From a virus (Duplodnaviria > Caudoviricetes), in the IMG/VR virus record IMGVR_UViG_3300033516_000275, positions 1-27,365 of that record: a stretch of 27,365 nucleotides of DNA; one strand, given 5' to 3'. The translations under genes were made by a program, and so were the position numbers. The notes under the pieces were generated by a model. The model worked only from the letters and a program-made list of their open reading frames with translations, searched no databases and was not told where the DNA came from. Position 1 is the stretch's first letter, and every line of letters starts with the position of its first letter. Below, one piece after another: positions 6,682 to 14,702 of this stretch.

Positions 6682-7425
6682 ATGAAATTTGAAATTAGAA
6701 CAGGTCATAAAGCATTAGACCGATATAACGACCCCTTAGAGGGTTACGCTTTTGTTTACGTGGCAGAACAATGTCCTGAAATTGACGAAATCAGCGAAGA
6801 TGCTGATGGGGAGATACGGGTATATCTTAAAGCGGGTGGTTTTGTGGGAACGTTGCTTGACTTTGGAATAATCGGTCATTCTGATGACGAAACAAGCCAC
6901 CTGACGCTCACTCAAGTTAATGATGACTGTTTCAAATGGTTGCCTTACATCAATTGTCGGATTGTTGAAAGTCGTTATATTGGGACAACGTATTATGAGT
7001 TACGGAAAAACGGGGCAGTTATTGCTCGTGCCTCTAAAATTCACCGACTGCCATATAATCTCGTTGACGGTGAGAGTGAAGTAATGTTTCAACGATTACT
7101 TGCTCAAATTGAGACGGAATATCAAGAACAAAGGACGCGTTTAGAGGCCACGAAAGAGAATTTATTAACTCAACAGACATCTTTAGTTCAGGGGTGGGAG
7201 AAACAAAACGGTACTCTCATTAGAGCCAAAGATTTAATGTTACAAGCGTTGGCGTTAATAGAATTTGAATTAGACGGTACTCGCCAAACAATTAAAACGG
7301 AAGGGGACGAACTTCAACGCTCACTCACTCAAATCGAGCAATCCATTACCGACATCAAAAATCAAGATTATTGTAACGATAAAATTCATCGTTTACATAA
7401 TCAACTATACAGGTTACTGCCTTGA
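6682..7425 (+). CDS. hypothetical protein with C-terminal coiled coil
   Basis: AGGAG RBS; Q/E/L-rich helical C-terminus. Confidence 0.75.
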   Translation: MKFEIRTGHKALDRYNDPLEGYAFVYVAEQCPEIDEISEDADGEIRVYLKAGGFVGTLLDFGIIGHSDDETSHLTLTQVNDDCFKWLPYINCRIVESRYIGTTYYELRKNGAVIARASKIHRLPYNLVDGESEVMFQRLLAQIETEYQEQRTRLEATKENLLTQQTSLVQGWEKQNGTLIRAKDLMLQALALIEFELDGTRQTIKTEGDELQRSLTQIEQSITDIKNQDYCNDKIHRLHNQLYRLLP

Positions 7426-7967
7426 ATATGTCATTTCATAAAACAACCCCCCAAATTATTGGCCGTACAAAAACAAAAACCCGCCGATTAGGGTGGGATA
7501 AGGTGAAAGTGGGGCAAATACTAAATGCAATTGAAAAGGGTCAGGGTCTCAAGAAAGGCGAGAAAGTTCGTTATTTATGTCAGATAAGAGTGACTGAACA
7601 TCGGTATGAACCGTTGAAATATATCACTCAAGAGGACGTAAATAACGAAGGATTCCCCCAATGGACACCTGAACAGTTTATAACTTTTTTCTGTGATTTC
7701 AATAAATGCACCCCCGATACTCTTGTCACCGTCATCGGTTTTGAGTACGTTGCCCCCGTTGACGCTATGGGACGCATTATCAAAAAAGATGATATTCTTC
7801 GTTATGAGGAATATCATCAGGGGAATTGGATTCGGGGATTAGAGGAATTATTTTGGGCAACAGGACATTTTACCGTTGAGGGCTTAAATACTCACTATGA
7901 GCGCAAAGATTTATGGCACAATGCTTTATTTAAGAACCAATATTTTCGTTGGCATATTGTGACATAA
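7422..7967 (+). CDS. ASCH domain protein with YopX-like C-terminal segment
   Basis: MSF...IIGRTKTKTRR...EPLKYITQEDVNNEGF; then VDAMGRIIKKDDIL; start may be ATG 7428. Confidence 0.8.
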   Translation: MNMSFHKTTPQIIGRTKTKTRRLGWDKVKVGQILNAIEKGQGLKKGEKVRYLCQIRVTEHRYEPLKYITQEDVNNEGFPQWTPEQFITFFCDFNKCTPDTLVTVIGFEYVAPVDAMGRIIKKDDILRYEEYHQGNWIRGLEELFWATGHFTVEGLNTHYERKDLWHNALFKNQYFRWHIVT

Positions 7968-8766
7968 TTTCGCCGTTTTTCACAAGAGTTATTTGATTAT
8001 CTAACGATATAATTGTAGTCTGACTACAATTTAGAATTTGTTCCGATGGTGTAATAATCAACACTCCTGCTGCACCGATTTTCAAACATTCTTGTTTGAA
8101 GTTAGTGAGTAGGAGTGTTTGATTCTCGACAAAACCTAAAATTTCAATGCAAATAATGTTGAATTTACGATTTAAGAGCATGATGAATTTAGCAAAATAA
8201 TCACTTGAGTGAGAGTCTATTAACTCAGGAACGCCGTCAAACAAAATTAGATTATTGTTCATCCGTTCTATTTCTGTCTCGTTAAAATTGTAACTCAACA
8301 AGGGTGAAGTATTTTCTGTAATATAAAATACTTGTTGAGACGAGAGGCAACGACGACCTAAAAAATCATACTCATTGATGATAGATGCCTTCATTAGTTC
8401 AACGCCTACCTTTGAACGAGAGTCATCGCCGCAAATGAGTAATATTTCGCCCACGCTTAAAATATCCTCAAAAATTATTGGAGATTTAACAACTCCTCGA
8501 ATGTCACTCAAGTAATCGGTGATGTCTTGTTTTGTCTTTCCGCCCACCCCTTGATATTCCCCGTTAATCAATTGAGTGACAGTCGTAATACCCAATTTCT
8601 CCAACGCCGTCACTGTTCGTTTATTCAACCCCATCAATCCACTATGTTTATGTAAAACAATCACCGTCTGTTCCGAACAATAACCACACGTTAACACCAA
8701 CCCACTAGACAATAAAAAATTGCCCACTTCACTCATATTACCACAATGATTACAGTTATATAGCAT
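7930..8766 (-). CDS. Zn-ribbon / HhH-like / degenerate RecA-fold protein
   Basis: CNHC...CGYC; GLNKRTVTALEKLGITTVTQL...GVGGKT; GEILLICGDDSRSK resembles a broken Walker A; start 8766 behind AGGGAG. Confidence 0.6.
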   Translation of the reverse strand: MLYNCNHCGNMSEVGNFLLSSGLVLTCGYCSEQTVIVLHKHSGLMGLNKRTVTALEKLGITTVTQLINGEYQGVGGKTKQDITDYLSDIRGVVKSPIIFEDILSVGEILLICGDDSRSKVGVELMKASIINEYDFLGRRCLSSQQVFYITENTSPLLSYNFNETEIERMNNNLILFDGVPELIDSHSSDYFAKFIMLLNRKFNIICIEILGFVENQTLLLTNFKQECLKIGAAGVLIITPSEQILNCSQTTIISLDNQITLVKNGEIMSQYANENIGS

Positions 8767-8788
8767 TTTCTTTCTCCCTATAGTCATC

Positions 8789-8852
8789 ATTATACGTTAT
8801 AATAAAATGACCGTCAAAACAAGTTGACAACGTAAAAATTTACGAGTACAAT
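8789..8852. promoter_or_regulatory. divergent sigma70 promoters
   Basis: Minus TTGACG-17-TATAAT (8817->8789); plus TTGACA-17-TACAAT (8824-8852). Confidence 0.75.
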
Positions 8853-8859
8853 TTGTTAT

Positions 8860-9282
8860 ATGGAAAAGAAAAAACGCAATCGAAAAAAGAAAATTCCATT
8901 ACCTATCGTTTTGGCTGAATTAGAGCGTTGTCGTGGTGGGGTGTATTTGGCTGCTAAAAACCTCAAAGTCTCACACGTCACGATGTTTAATTACTTGAGA
9001 GATTACCCCGAAGCACAAGCCGTTGTTGATGCAGCGAGAGGGCAGGTATTGGATGTGGCAGAGTTAGGGTTAGCGGCGGCGGTTCAGAAAGGGCAACCGT
9101 GGGCGATTACGTTTATGCTCAAAACCATTGGACGTAACAGAGGTTATAACGAAAAATTGGAACTTGAGAATACCAAACCCGTTGAAGTTGTCACAATGAG
9201 TCTCACTGAATGGACAGAACGACAAACGAAAGCACAAACTCAAGTAATCGAGGCGTTGGAACTATTCAATGAAATTGACTAA
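8860..9282 (+). CDS. terS: terminase small subunit
   Basis: HTH-like N-terminus, AELGL...WAITFMLKTIGRNRGY pattern; directly upstream of and overlapping terL. Confidence 0.8.
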   Translation: MEKKKRNRKKKIPLPIVLAELERCRGGVYLAAKNLKVSHVTMFNYLRDYPEAQAVVDAARGQVLDVAELGLAAAVQKGQPWAITFMLKTIGRNRGYNEKLELENTKPVEVVTMSLTEWTERQTKAQTQVIEALELFNEID

Positions 9283-10726
9283 ACGGGCGAAATTCTTAAT
9301 AGATAATTTAGATTTACCTGTAGCGTCAGGTGTTGAGACGGCACGATGGGAACATTTTCAAATCGAACATTTCTGTTACGATGGAAAGTTTAGAATTGAA
9401 AATAAATCTCGTCAAGTATCGTGGAGTTTCACCGTGTCGGCGGAAGCAGTAGCGGAAGCACTTTTAGATGGTCAGTCAAGTTTTTTTGTGTCTATCAATT
9501 ACAATGAGGCCATTGAAAAAATACGCTATGCTCGTGCAATTGAGGATAACTTGAGATTACGGTTATCGGGATTGCCTAAATTAGTGATAAACAATCAATT
9601 GACTTTAGAGTACGATAACGGCGCACGGATTATGAGTTTACCGTCGAAAGCCCCTCGTGGTAAAGCCCGTTTCAACGTTTATCTTGACGAATTTGCTCAC
9701 GTCCAAAGTGATAGTGCTATTTATACCGCCTCATTACCCGTAGTCAGTAAAGGCGGACGAGTACGCATCGGCTCAAGCCCCTTCGGTGCAAGCGGGGTGT
9801 TTTGGGAAATATTCACTGAAACACTACAACCATACTCAGGCTATTCCCGCAAAGAAACTCCGTGGTGGCATACGTTTGGTATGTGTAATAACGTGAAGGA
9901 AGCCATCAAAATCGCCCCAACACTGTCTACTGATGAACGAGTTGAACGTTATGGCAATGAACGCTTAGTTTTAATTTATAATAATGTCGCACTCACTTCG
10001 TTTCAGCAAGAATTTGAATGTTCATTTACCGATATTACTACGTCGTTAATTTCATTTAGTGAGATTAAATTAGTGTCGAGTGAGGATTTAATTTGTTTTA
10101 AGGGTGATTGTTTGGGTAAGAATATTACGGCGGCGTTTGCCGCCATTGATGATTTAGCGAAAAGTCATTTAGAGATGAGTTTTACAGGTGGTTTAGACAT
10201 CGGACGAACTCGTAACACCTCAGAATTATTTTTAATTGGCTTAAGTACCGTCAACTCCTACCCTTTACGTTTAATGATAAGTATGGATAATGTGGATTTC
10301 GATGACCAATATAATGTTGTAAGTTATGCGTTATCTAAGTTACCGATAGTTAAATTGTTTATTGATAGAAATGGATTAGGGATGAACATCGCTGAGAAAT
10401 TGGCGAAAAATTATCCCTATAAAGCTATCGGGGTATTGTTTACAAACGCCTCAAAAGCTCTATGGGCGACAAATGCTAAAATGCTCATCTCTCAGAATAA
10501 AACACCGCTTCCGACAGACCGTGAGTTAGCGTATCAAATAAACTCCATTAAACGCATTGTAACATCAAGTAAAAATTTAGTATTTGATACAGACCGTAAT
10601 GAGAAACATCACGCCGATAAGTTTTGGGCGTGGGCGTTGGCGTTATCGGCGGCACACGAACCTGTACCGAAACCGACGATTGAGGTTATGGTCACGAGGT
10701 ATCGGCCTAAATTATTTTATTCGTAA
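9269..10726 (+). CDS. terL: terminase large subunit (Mu gp28-like)
   Basis: KSRQVSWS Walker A, VYLDEFAH Walker B, IGSSP motif III, FQQEFECSF, nuclease GLDIGR ... IDRNGLG ... HHADKFWA. Confidence 0.95.
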   Translation: MKLTKRAKFLIDNLDLPVASGVETARWEHFQIEHFCYDGKFRIENKSRQVSWSFTVSAEAVAEALLDGQSSFFVSINYNEAIEKIRYARAIEDNLRLRLSGLPKLVINNQLTLEYDNGARIMSLPSKAPRGKARFNVYLDEFAHVQSDSAIYTASLPVVSKGGRVRIGSSPFGASGVFWEIFTETLQPYSGYSRKETPWWHTFGMCNNVKEAIKIAPTLSTDERVERYGNERLVLIYNNVALTSFQQEFECSFTDITTSLISFSEIKLVSSEDLICFKGDCLGKNITAAFAAIDDLAKSHLEMSFTGGLDIGRTRNTSELFLIGLSTVNSYPLRLMISMDNVDFDDQYNVVSYALSKLPIVKLFIDRNGLGMNIAEKLAKNYPYKAIGVLFTNASKALWATNAKMLISQNKTPLPTDRELAYQINSIKRIVTSSKNLVFDTDRNEKHHADKFWAWALALSAAHEPVPKPTIEVMVTRYRPKLFYS

Positions 10727-10727
10727 T

Positions 10728-10763
10728 AAAAACAGTGGTTCTCTTGAGAGAACCACTGTTTTT
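10728..10763. terminator. bidirectional intrinsic terminator
   Basis: AAAAACAGTGGTTCTC-TTGA-GAGAACCACTGTTTTT between convergent genes. Confidence 0.9.
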
Positions 10764-11211
10764 ATTTTTTCCGCCGCCCACCTTTTTTGTGTTGAGTAGT
10801 GTCTACTCCCCACTCAACGAACTGTTGTTGCATCCGCGTATACCCACACGCTTTATATTTTTTAGCAATGGTCATAATACTCAATTTTTCAACGTAATAA
10901 TCGTGAAGTAACGTCTCTTTGGGCGGTAAGGGGACACGATTACGATAATGGTATGCTGTAATCTTTACTCCATTTGTTTTGAACTGAGCGTGAATGACTT
11001 GACGAGCAACCTGTAATCTGTCGGCAATCTCCGAAATACTAAACCCCTGCCGATTCATCGCCACCCGTTGCTCAAACGTGGCAGTCATCTTATAACCATT
11101 TTCTTTCAAGAGTTTACTGACCGCCTTCCCCGTCAACCCTACAGCTTCCCCAATTAACGAGTCCGTCAACCCTTCGTCTGCCAATTGCTTAACCTTATCA
11201 TATTCTAACAT
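10762..11211 (-). CDS. multi-HTH DNA-binding protein
   Basis: Three HTH-like repeats (GLTDSLIGEAVGLT, GFSISEIADRLQV, LSIMTIAKKY); GAGGTG RBS. Confidence 0.75.
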   Translation of the reverse strand: MLEYDKVKQLADEGLTDSLIGEAVGLTGKAVSKLLKENGYKMTATFEQRVAMNRQGFSISEIADRLQVARQVIHAQFKTNGVKITAYHYRNRVPLPPKETLLHDYYVEKLSIMTIAKKYKACGYTRMQQQFVEWGVDTTQHKKGGRRKK

Positions 11212-11236
11212 CTAACCATCACCTCGCTTTGTAATA

Positions 11237-11298
11237 ATAATAGCACAGATATATTAGTTTGTCAATGAGTTGACAAATTGGGATTATGATGTTATAAT
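11237..11298. promoter_or_regulatory. back-to-back sigma70 promoters
   Basis: Minus TTGACA-17-TATTAT; plus TTGACA(11270)-17-TATAAT(11293). Confidence 0.8.
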
Positions 11299-11337
11299 AC
11301 AAGAGTAGGTTAAATTATAACAAAGGGAGAGTAAGTA

Positions 11338-11583
11338 ATGAATGAACGTTTGAACGCATTGAAGGCAGCGATTGAGGCGGCGGGTTATGAGCCGTTTAGT
11401 TACTCAGGGCGATTTATGTATGGGGAGCAATGTATTGCATTTGATTGCGATAATATGATTACCGCCACCGCTAAAATTATCGCCAATGACCACACACTCA
11501 CTCAAGAATTTGAATTGTCCCGATGGGATAATATGGGCAAAGGGTGGGTGGTCTATTTCCCCCATATCGAATACAAGGAGTAA
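11338..11583 (+). CDS. hypothetical phage protein
   Basis: AAGGGAG RBS; YSGRFMYG...DNMGKGWVVYFP. Confidence 0.8.
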   Translation: MNERLNALKAAIEAAGYEPFSYSGRFMYGEQCIAFDCDNMITATAKIIANDHTLTQEFELSRWDNMGKGWVVYFPHIEYKE

Positions 11584-11588
11584 ACAAA

Positions 11589-11765
11589 ATGAAAGTGACC
11601 GTTAGAGCAAACATCACTCAAGTTAGATTGGTTGAGATGAACAAAATAATCACCGCAGAACAAGCCGTAAAAATGGGCATATTCGCCTCTGTTAAATCGG
11701 CAAAAATTTTCATTAACAACAACTACGAAAAAACTGCCGAAATCGATGTTAGCCAATTGAAATAA
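11589..11765 (+). CDS. hypothetical protein (family with 11873 and 14802 ORFs)
   Basis: AAGGAG RBS before ATG 11589; ITAEQAVKMGIFAS motif. Confidence 0.75.
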   Translation: MKVTVRANITQVRLVEMNKIITAEQAVKMGIFASVKSAKIFINNNYEKTAEIDVSQLK

Positions 11766-11826
11766 CCTTAAAGTTTGATAAAATCTCCGTTTGCTTATTG
11801 ACAAACGGAGATTTTTATGGTATAAT
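11761..11826 (+). promoter_or_regulatory. sigma70 promoter with conserved upstream 17-bp box
   Basis: AATAACCTTAAAGTTTG, 20 bp, TTGACA-17-TATAAT-GGTATCAT; inverted repeat spans the -35. Confidence 0.85.
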
Positions 11827-11872
11827 GGTATCATCAAAGTAAGAAATTAACTAACCCGACAAGGAACATAAA

Positions 11873-12247
11873 ATGACTAATCAATCAAACACCCAAAAAT
11901 ATACTATCTCAGGCGGCAATGTTATTCTCATAAGAGAGTTAAAGCGATATATTTCCCCCGAACAGGCATTTCAAGCAGGAATTTTCAAAACATTAGATGC
12001 GGCTCATTCTTTCTTAGTGAGTTTTTATAAAATCACGGTTGAATTAACTCCCGCCCAAATCGCCACATTAGATGATAATGTTAGTTGCCCTGAATGTGGC
12101 GAACCGATTAAAGAAAATGGGAAATGGACAGACGAAATTGAGAACCGTGAGTTTTTGAAACACGGTGTTTGCACGATATGTGCAGAGTTTGGGGTCAACT
12201 CTCCCAACGAAGAAACAATGAGCATTTATCAATCATATCGGGGCTAA
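11873..12247 (+). CDS. hypothetical protein with C-terminal Zn ribbon
   Basis: ISPEQAFQAGIF; CPEC...CTIC. Confidence 0.8.
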   Translation: MTNQSNTQKYTISGGNVILIRELKRYISPEQAFQAGIFKTLDAAHSFLVSFYKITVELTPAQIATLDDNVSCPECGEPIKENGKWTDEIENREFLKHGVCTICAEFGVNSPNEETMSIYQSYRG

Positions 12248-12302
12248 AACAAAATAACTCAACTCCTCGAAATATTCGAGGAGTTGAGTTGAGGATAAAA
12301 CT

Positions 12303-12743
12303 ATGACCTTACCAACTATTATCAAACAAGATGACATTAAAAATGTTTCAAGTCGCTTAATTTTCCCCGTTGAAGGGGCGAAGTTAATTCGTCAAGCCCT
12401 CAAGGGACACGGTAAATTCAGGGTAAGAGCGTCAGAGGGGTTTGTGACAATAGAATGGACTGACGGGCAAACTGAGGGGTCTGTAGCGGAGTTACTGAGT
12501 GGTTTTAACGGAAAAGTGTTTGACGGACAGTTAGATATGGCGGTACAAAAGTTGAGTGAGTTAGACGGACGTATTGTTAAATTCTGTTTTCAACTGTCGC
12601 TAATCCGTCGCTACAGCCCCACCGTAATTACTAAAGCCATTAGCGACTATAACACTGATTTTGGCTTTAATCTCACTCAAGAAACACTCACTTATCGGGA
12701 CGAAAAAATGATATACGGTAAATTACAAGAGGAGGTATTATGA
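12303..12743 (+). CDS. LPD29-like domain protein
   Basis: AKLIRQALK...KFRVR...IEWTDG...FDGQLD pattern recalled from the LPD29 family. Confidence 0.65.
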   Translation: MTLPTIIKQDDIKNVSSRLIFPVEGAKLIRQALKGHGKFRVRASEGFVTIEWTDGQTEGSVAELLSGFNGKVFDGQLDMAVQKLSELDGRIVKFCFQLSLIRRYSPTVITKAISDYNTDFGFNLTQETLTYRDEKMIYGKLQEEVL

Positions 12744-13147
12744 CAATTCGTTTTTTTCAGAACTACAAAATGGTTTTAGATTTACTCAAGTTAGGATTAA
12801 CCATCATTAAGAACCACGAATGGTCAAATGAAGTCAAAAGTTCCTTCATAGAGTGTTTACTTGAGTTATATCCGTTGTCTCCAATATTCTACTGTGAGAA
12901 TACGGTAGTTGATGGAATGAAACGATTAGAGGCTTTGCAATCTTTCATTCGAGGGGAGTTCCACTTGACGGGCTTACAGGTCTTGAGTGAGTATAATGGG
13001 TTATTTTTTAGTGAGTTACCCATCCCCAAACAACGGCGAATACGAGAGACAAAAATCGAAGTGTTTCAGATTGACAAACACGCCCCATTTGAGGAACGAA
13101 TGATTTGTTTCCGCAAATTAAACCCTGACCGTTTCAAATTAGATTGA
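12740..13147 (+). CDS. DUF262 (GmrS/ParB-like) domain protein, truncated or divergent
   Basis: WS..VKSSFIECLL..YPLSPIF...VVDGMKRLEAL..F. Confidence 0.75.
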   Translation: MTIRFFQNYKMVLDLLKLGLTIIKNHEWSNEVKSSFIECLLELYPLSPIFYCENTVVDGMKRLEALQSFIRGEFHLTGLQVLSEYNGLFFSELPIPKQRRIRETKIEVFQIDKHAPFEERMICFRKLNPDRFKLD

Positions 13148-13149
13148 TA

Positions 13150-13185
13150 AAAAAGAACCCTTGAGTATATCAAGGGTTCTTTTTT
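13150..13185. terminator. bidirectional intrinsic terminator
   Basis: AAAAAGAACCCTTGA-GTATA-TCAAGGGTTCTTTTT. Confidence 0.9.
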
Positions 13186-13348
13186 ATTTAAGATTATTTT
13201 TCTTAAAGCGTTCATACTGCGATTTATTAAGTTCCCACAAAGCCGTTCTTATCGCTGACGGTTTGTAACCTTGATATATAAGTCGTTTATAAATCGATAC
13301 ATCACTAAACCCCAATTCTTTCGCTGTCTGTATCGCCTCTTGTAACAT
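13184..13348 (-). CDS. small helical protein (54 aa), not in ORF track
   Basis: G-rich RBS; MLQEAIQTAKELGFSDVSIYKRLIYQGYKPSAIRTALWEL. Confidence 0.6.
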   Translation of the reverse strand: MLQEAIQTAKELGFSDVSIYKRLIYQGYKPSAIRTALWELNKSQYERFKKNNLK

Positions 13349-13359
13349 TGTAACCCCCC

Positions 13360-13593
13360 CTAAATGATTTTGAGCGTTGGGTCTAACTTGAGTAATCGCT
13401 CTGTCTCAACTTCCCACTGTCTAATAACTTCTGCCCGTTCAACCTCACGCCCTTCCTCGTACCAACTACCGCCCAACCACGGAAATCGTCGTCGCTCATT
13501 ATCCCCTAACACATCACAACCATAATACATCTTACGGGGCTTAAAGGTCAATCGCCGTCCCTTCATTCTCGACATCATTTTATTATAACTCAT
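13360..13593 (-). CDS. hypothetical basic protein
   Basis: ATGA-coupled to upstream ORF. Confidence 0.7.
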   Translation of the reverse strand: MSYNKMMSRMKGRRLTFKPRKMYYGCDVLGDNERRRFPWLGGSWYEEGREVERAEVIRQWEVETERLLKLDPTLKII

Positions 13594-13769
13594 TTTGTCC
13601 CTTGTTTACGCCGTGCCTTAATCATCACTCTCTCAGCGTGACTTTTAGCCCGTCTACGAGAGTTTGTTTTACCACCCTTTGAAGGACGATAAAATGACTT
13701 ATCCCATACAGGACGTTCAGGAATATAAGGTCGTTCTTTGATATAAGAGTTACCACCAACATCAGTCAT
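13590..13769 (-). CDS. small Arg/Lys-rich protein (59 aa), not in ORF track
   Basis: GAGGTG RBS; ...KSFYRPSKGGKTNSRRRAKSHAERVMIKARRKQGTK. Confidence 0.65.
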   Translation of the reverse strand: MTDVGGNSYIKERPYIPERPVWDKSFYRPSKGGKTNSRRRAKSHAERVMIKARRKQGTK

Positions 13770-13794
13770 AAGTTTACACCTCAGTAATTTTTAG

Positions 13795-13884
13795 CGGGAA
13801 AGGTGGGAGTCGAACCCACACGAGCCTTAAAATTCTCCTAACGCTTTAGCAAAGCGCGACCACCGCCATTTGGCTTGCCTTCCC
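13795..13884 (-). tRNA. tRNA-Ser(GCT)
   Basis: GGGAAGG/CTTTCCC-G, anticodon arm GCGCT-TTGCTAA-AGCGT, long variable region, GGTTCGACTCC. Confidence 0.9.
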
Positions 13885-13890
13885 TTAGAG

Positions 13891-13972
13891 TGGGTGAGGT
13901 AGGACTCGAACCTACACCTCAGAGAGAACGTATTTACAGTACGCCGCAGCAAGCCATATCTGCCTCTCACCC
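13891..13972 (-). tRNA. tRNA-Tyr(GTA)
   Basis: GGGTGAG/CTCACCC-A, GCGTA-CTGTAAA-TACGT, GGTTCGAGTCC. Confidence 0.92.
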
Positions 13973-13974
13973 TC

Positions 13975-14133
13975 AAGAATAATAGGTGGGACTCGAACCC
14001 ACACGAATTTATTGACTTGCGTCAACGTGTCTGCCATTTCACCACTATCATCATAAACGATAGATGGGACTCGAACCCATACAAGTTCACTGACTTTCAT
14101 CAGCGTGTCTGCCATTTCACCACTATTATTCTT
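13975..14133 (-). ncRNA. tandem pseudo-tRNA pair with GNRA-capped anticodon arms, closed by an 11-bp outer helix
   Basis: Two Leu-type bodies (GTGAAATGGCAGACAC D arm, GGGTTCGAGTCCC T arm); arms CTGAT-GAAA-GTCAG and TTGAC-GCAA-GTCAA; AAGAATAATAG/CTATTATTCTT ends. Confidence 0.8.
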
Positions 14134-14135
14134 AG

Positions 14136-14209
14136 TACGGACGGCAGGACTCGAACCTGCAAAATAGTGGGTCTAAGCCACTCGCGTATGCCAATTCCGC
14201 CACGTCCGC
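14136..14209 (-). tRNA. tRNA-Leu(TAG) lacking long variable arm
   Basis: GCGGACG/CGTCCGT-A, Leu-type D arm GCGGAATTGGCATACGC, AGTGG-CTTAGAC-CCACT, 5-nt variable loop. Confidence 0.85.
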
Positions 14210-14213
14210 TTAA

Positions 14214-14319
14214 ATGATAGTAAGGTGGTTCTTAGCCCTGTCCTCAACGAAGTTACTCGTCATTACTGCGAGGCGGTTATTAGCCTTGACCCTCAGCGAA
14301 GTTACTCGCTTACTATCAT
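14214..14319 (-). ncRNA. internally duplicated structured RNA closed by an 11-bp helix
   Basis: ATGATAGTAAG/CTTACTATCAT ends; two units CGAGTAACTTCG-YTGAGG-N4/5-GGCTAAKAACC-R-CCT; begins at predicted +1. Confidence 0.75.
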
Positions 14320-14325
14320 AAATCA

Positions 14326-14354
14326 ATTATACCATAACTGTTTTGTTTTGTCAA
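14326..14354 (-). promoter_or_regulatory. sigma70 promoter of tRNA/ncRNA cluster
   Basis: TTGACA-17-TATAAT with TG extension. Confidence 0.9.
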
Positions 14355-14623
14355 TACCTAATCTCGAAAGTGGTCATAAACTCATATTCGGCGTTGATGG
14401 TTAGTTGAGTGATTAGTTGTTGTTCAAACTGAACTATTTCCCGTTTCACTTTTTTACTGATTTCATCACTCTGTACAAAAACATTACCCCTCACTAATCG
14501 CAACACTTCACTCACAATGCCCCGATATATTCGTAACCCTTGCTCATATCCCATTAACTCAAGTAACGGAGTCGCCTTCACCAAATTGTAATTATAAGCC
14601 TTATTGTATGTGTTAAAAGCCAT
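14351..14623 (-). CDS. hypothetical protein
   Basis: Start trimmed to MAFNTYNK behind GAGGTGGGG RBS. Confidence 0.65.
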   Translation of the reverse strand: MAFNTYNKAYNYNLVKATPLLELMGYEQGLRIYRGIVSEVLRLVRGNVFVQSDEISKKVKREIVQFEQQLITQLTINAEYEFMTTFEIRY

Positions 14624-14702
14624 AATCCCCACCTCTTTCAATGATAAATCCATTATATCATAATTATACCCTATTGACAAAATAAGACTATTAAGATAAT
14701 AG

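Noticed and set aside
13590-13769. Firm call as ribosomal protein bS21
   Set aside because: Only the basic C-terminal part resembles it; the N-terminal pattern is absent
14085-14104. Hammerhead ribozyme (CTGATGA...GAAC on minus strand)
   Set aside because: No stem II, GAAC instead of GAAA, and the paralogous copy lacks CTGATGA
13912-14217. ORFs 13912..14115 and 14017..14217 with internal repeats
   Set aside because: By-products of the tRNA and pseudo-tRNA duplication
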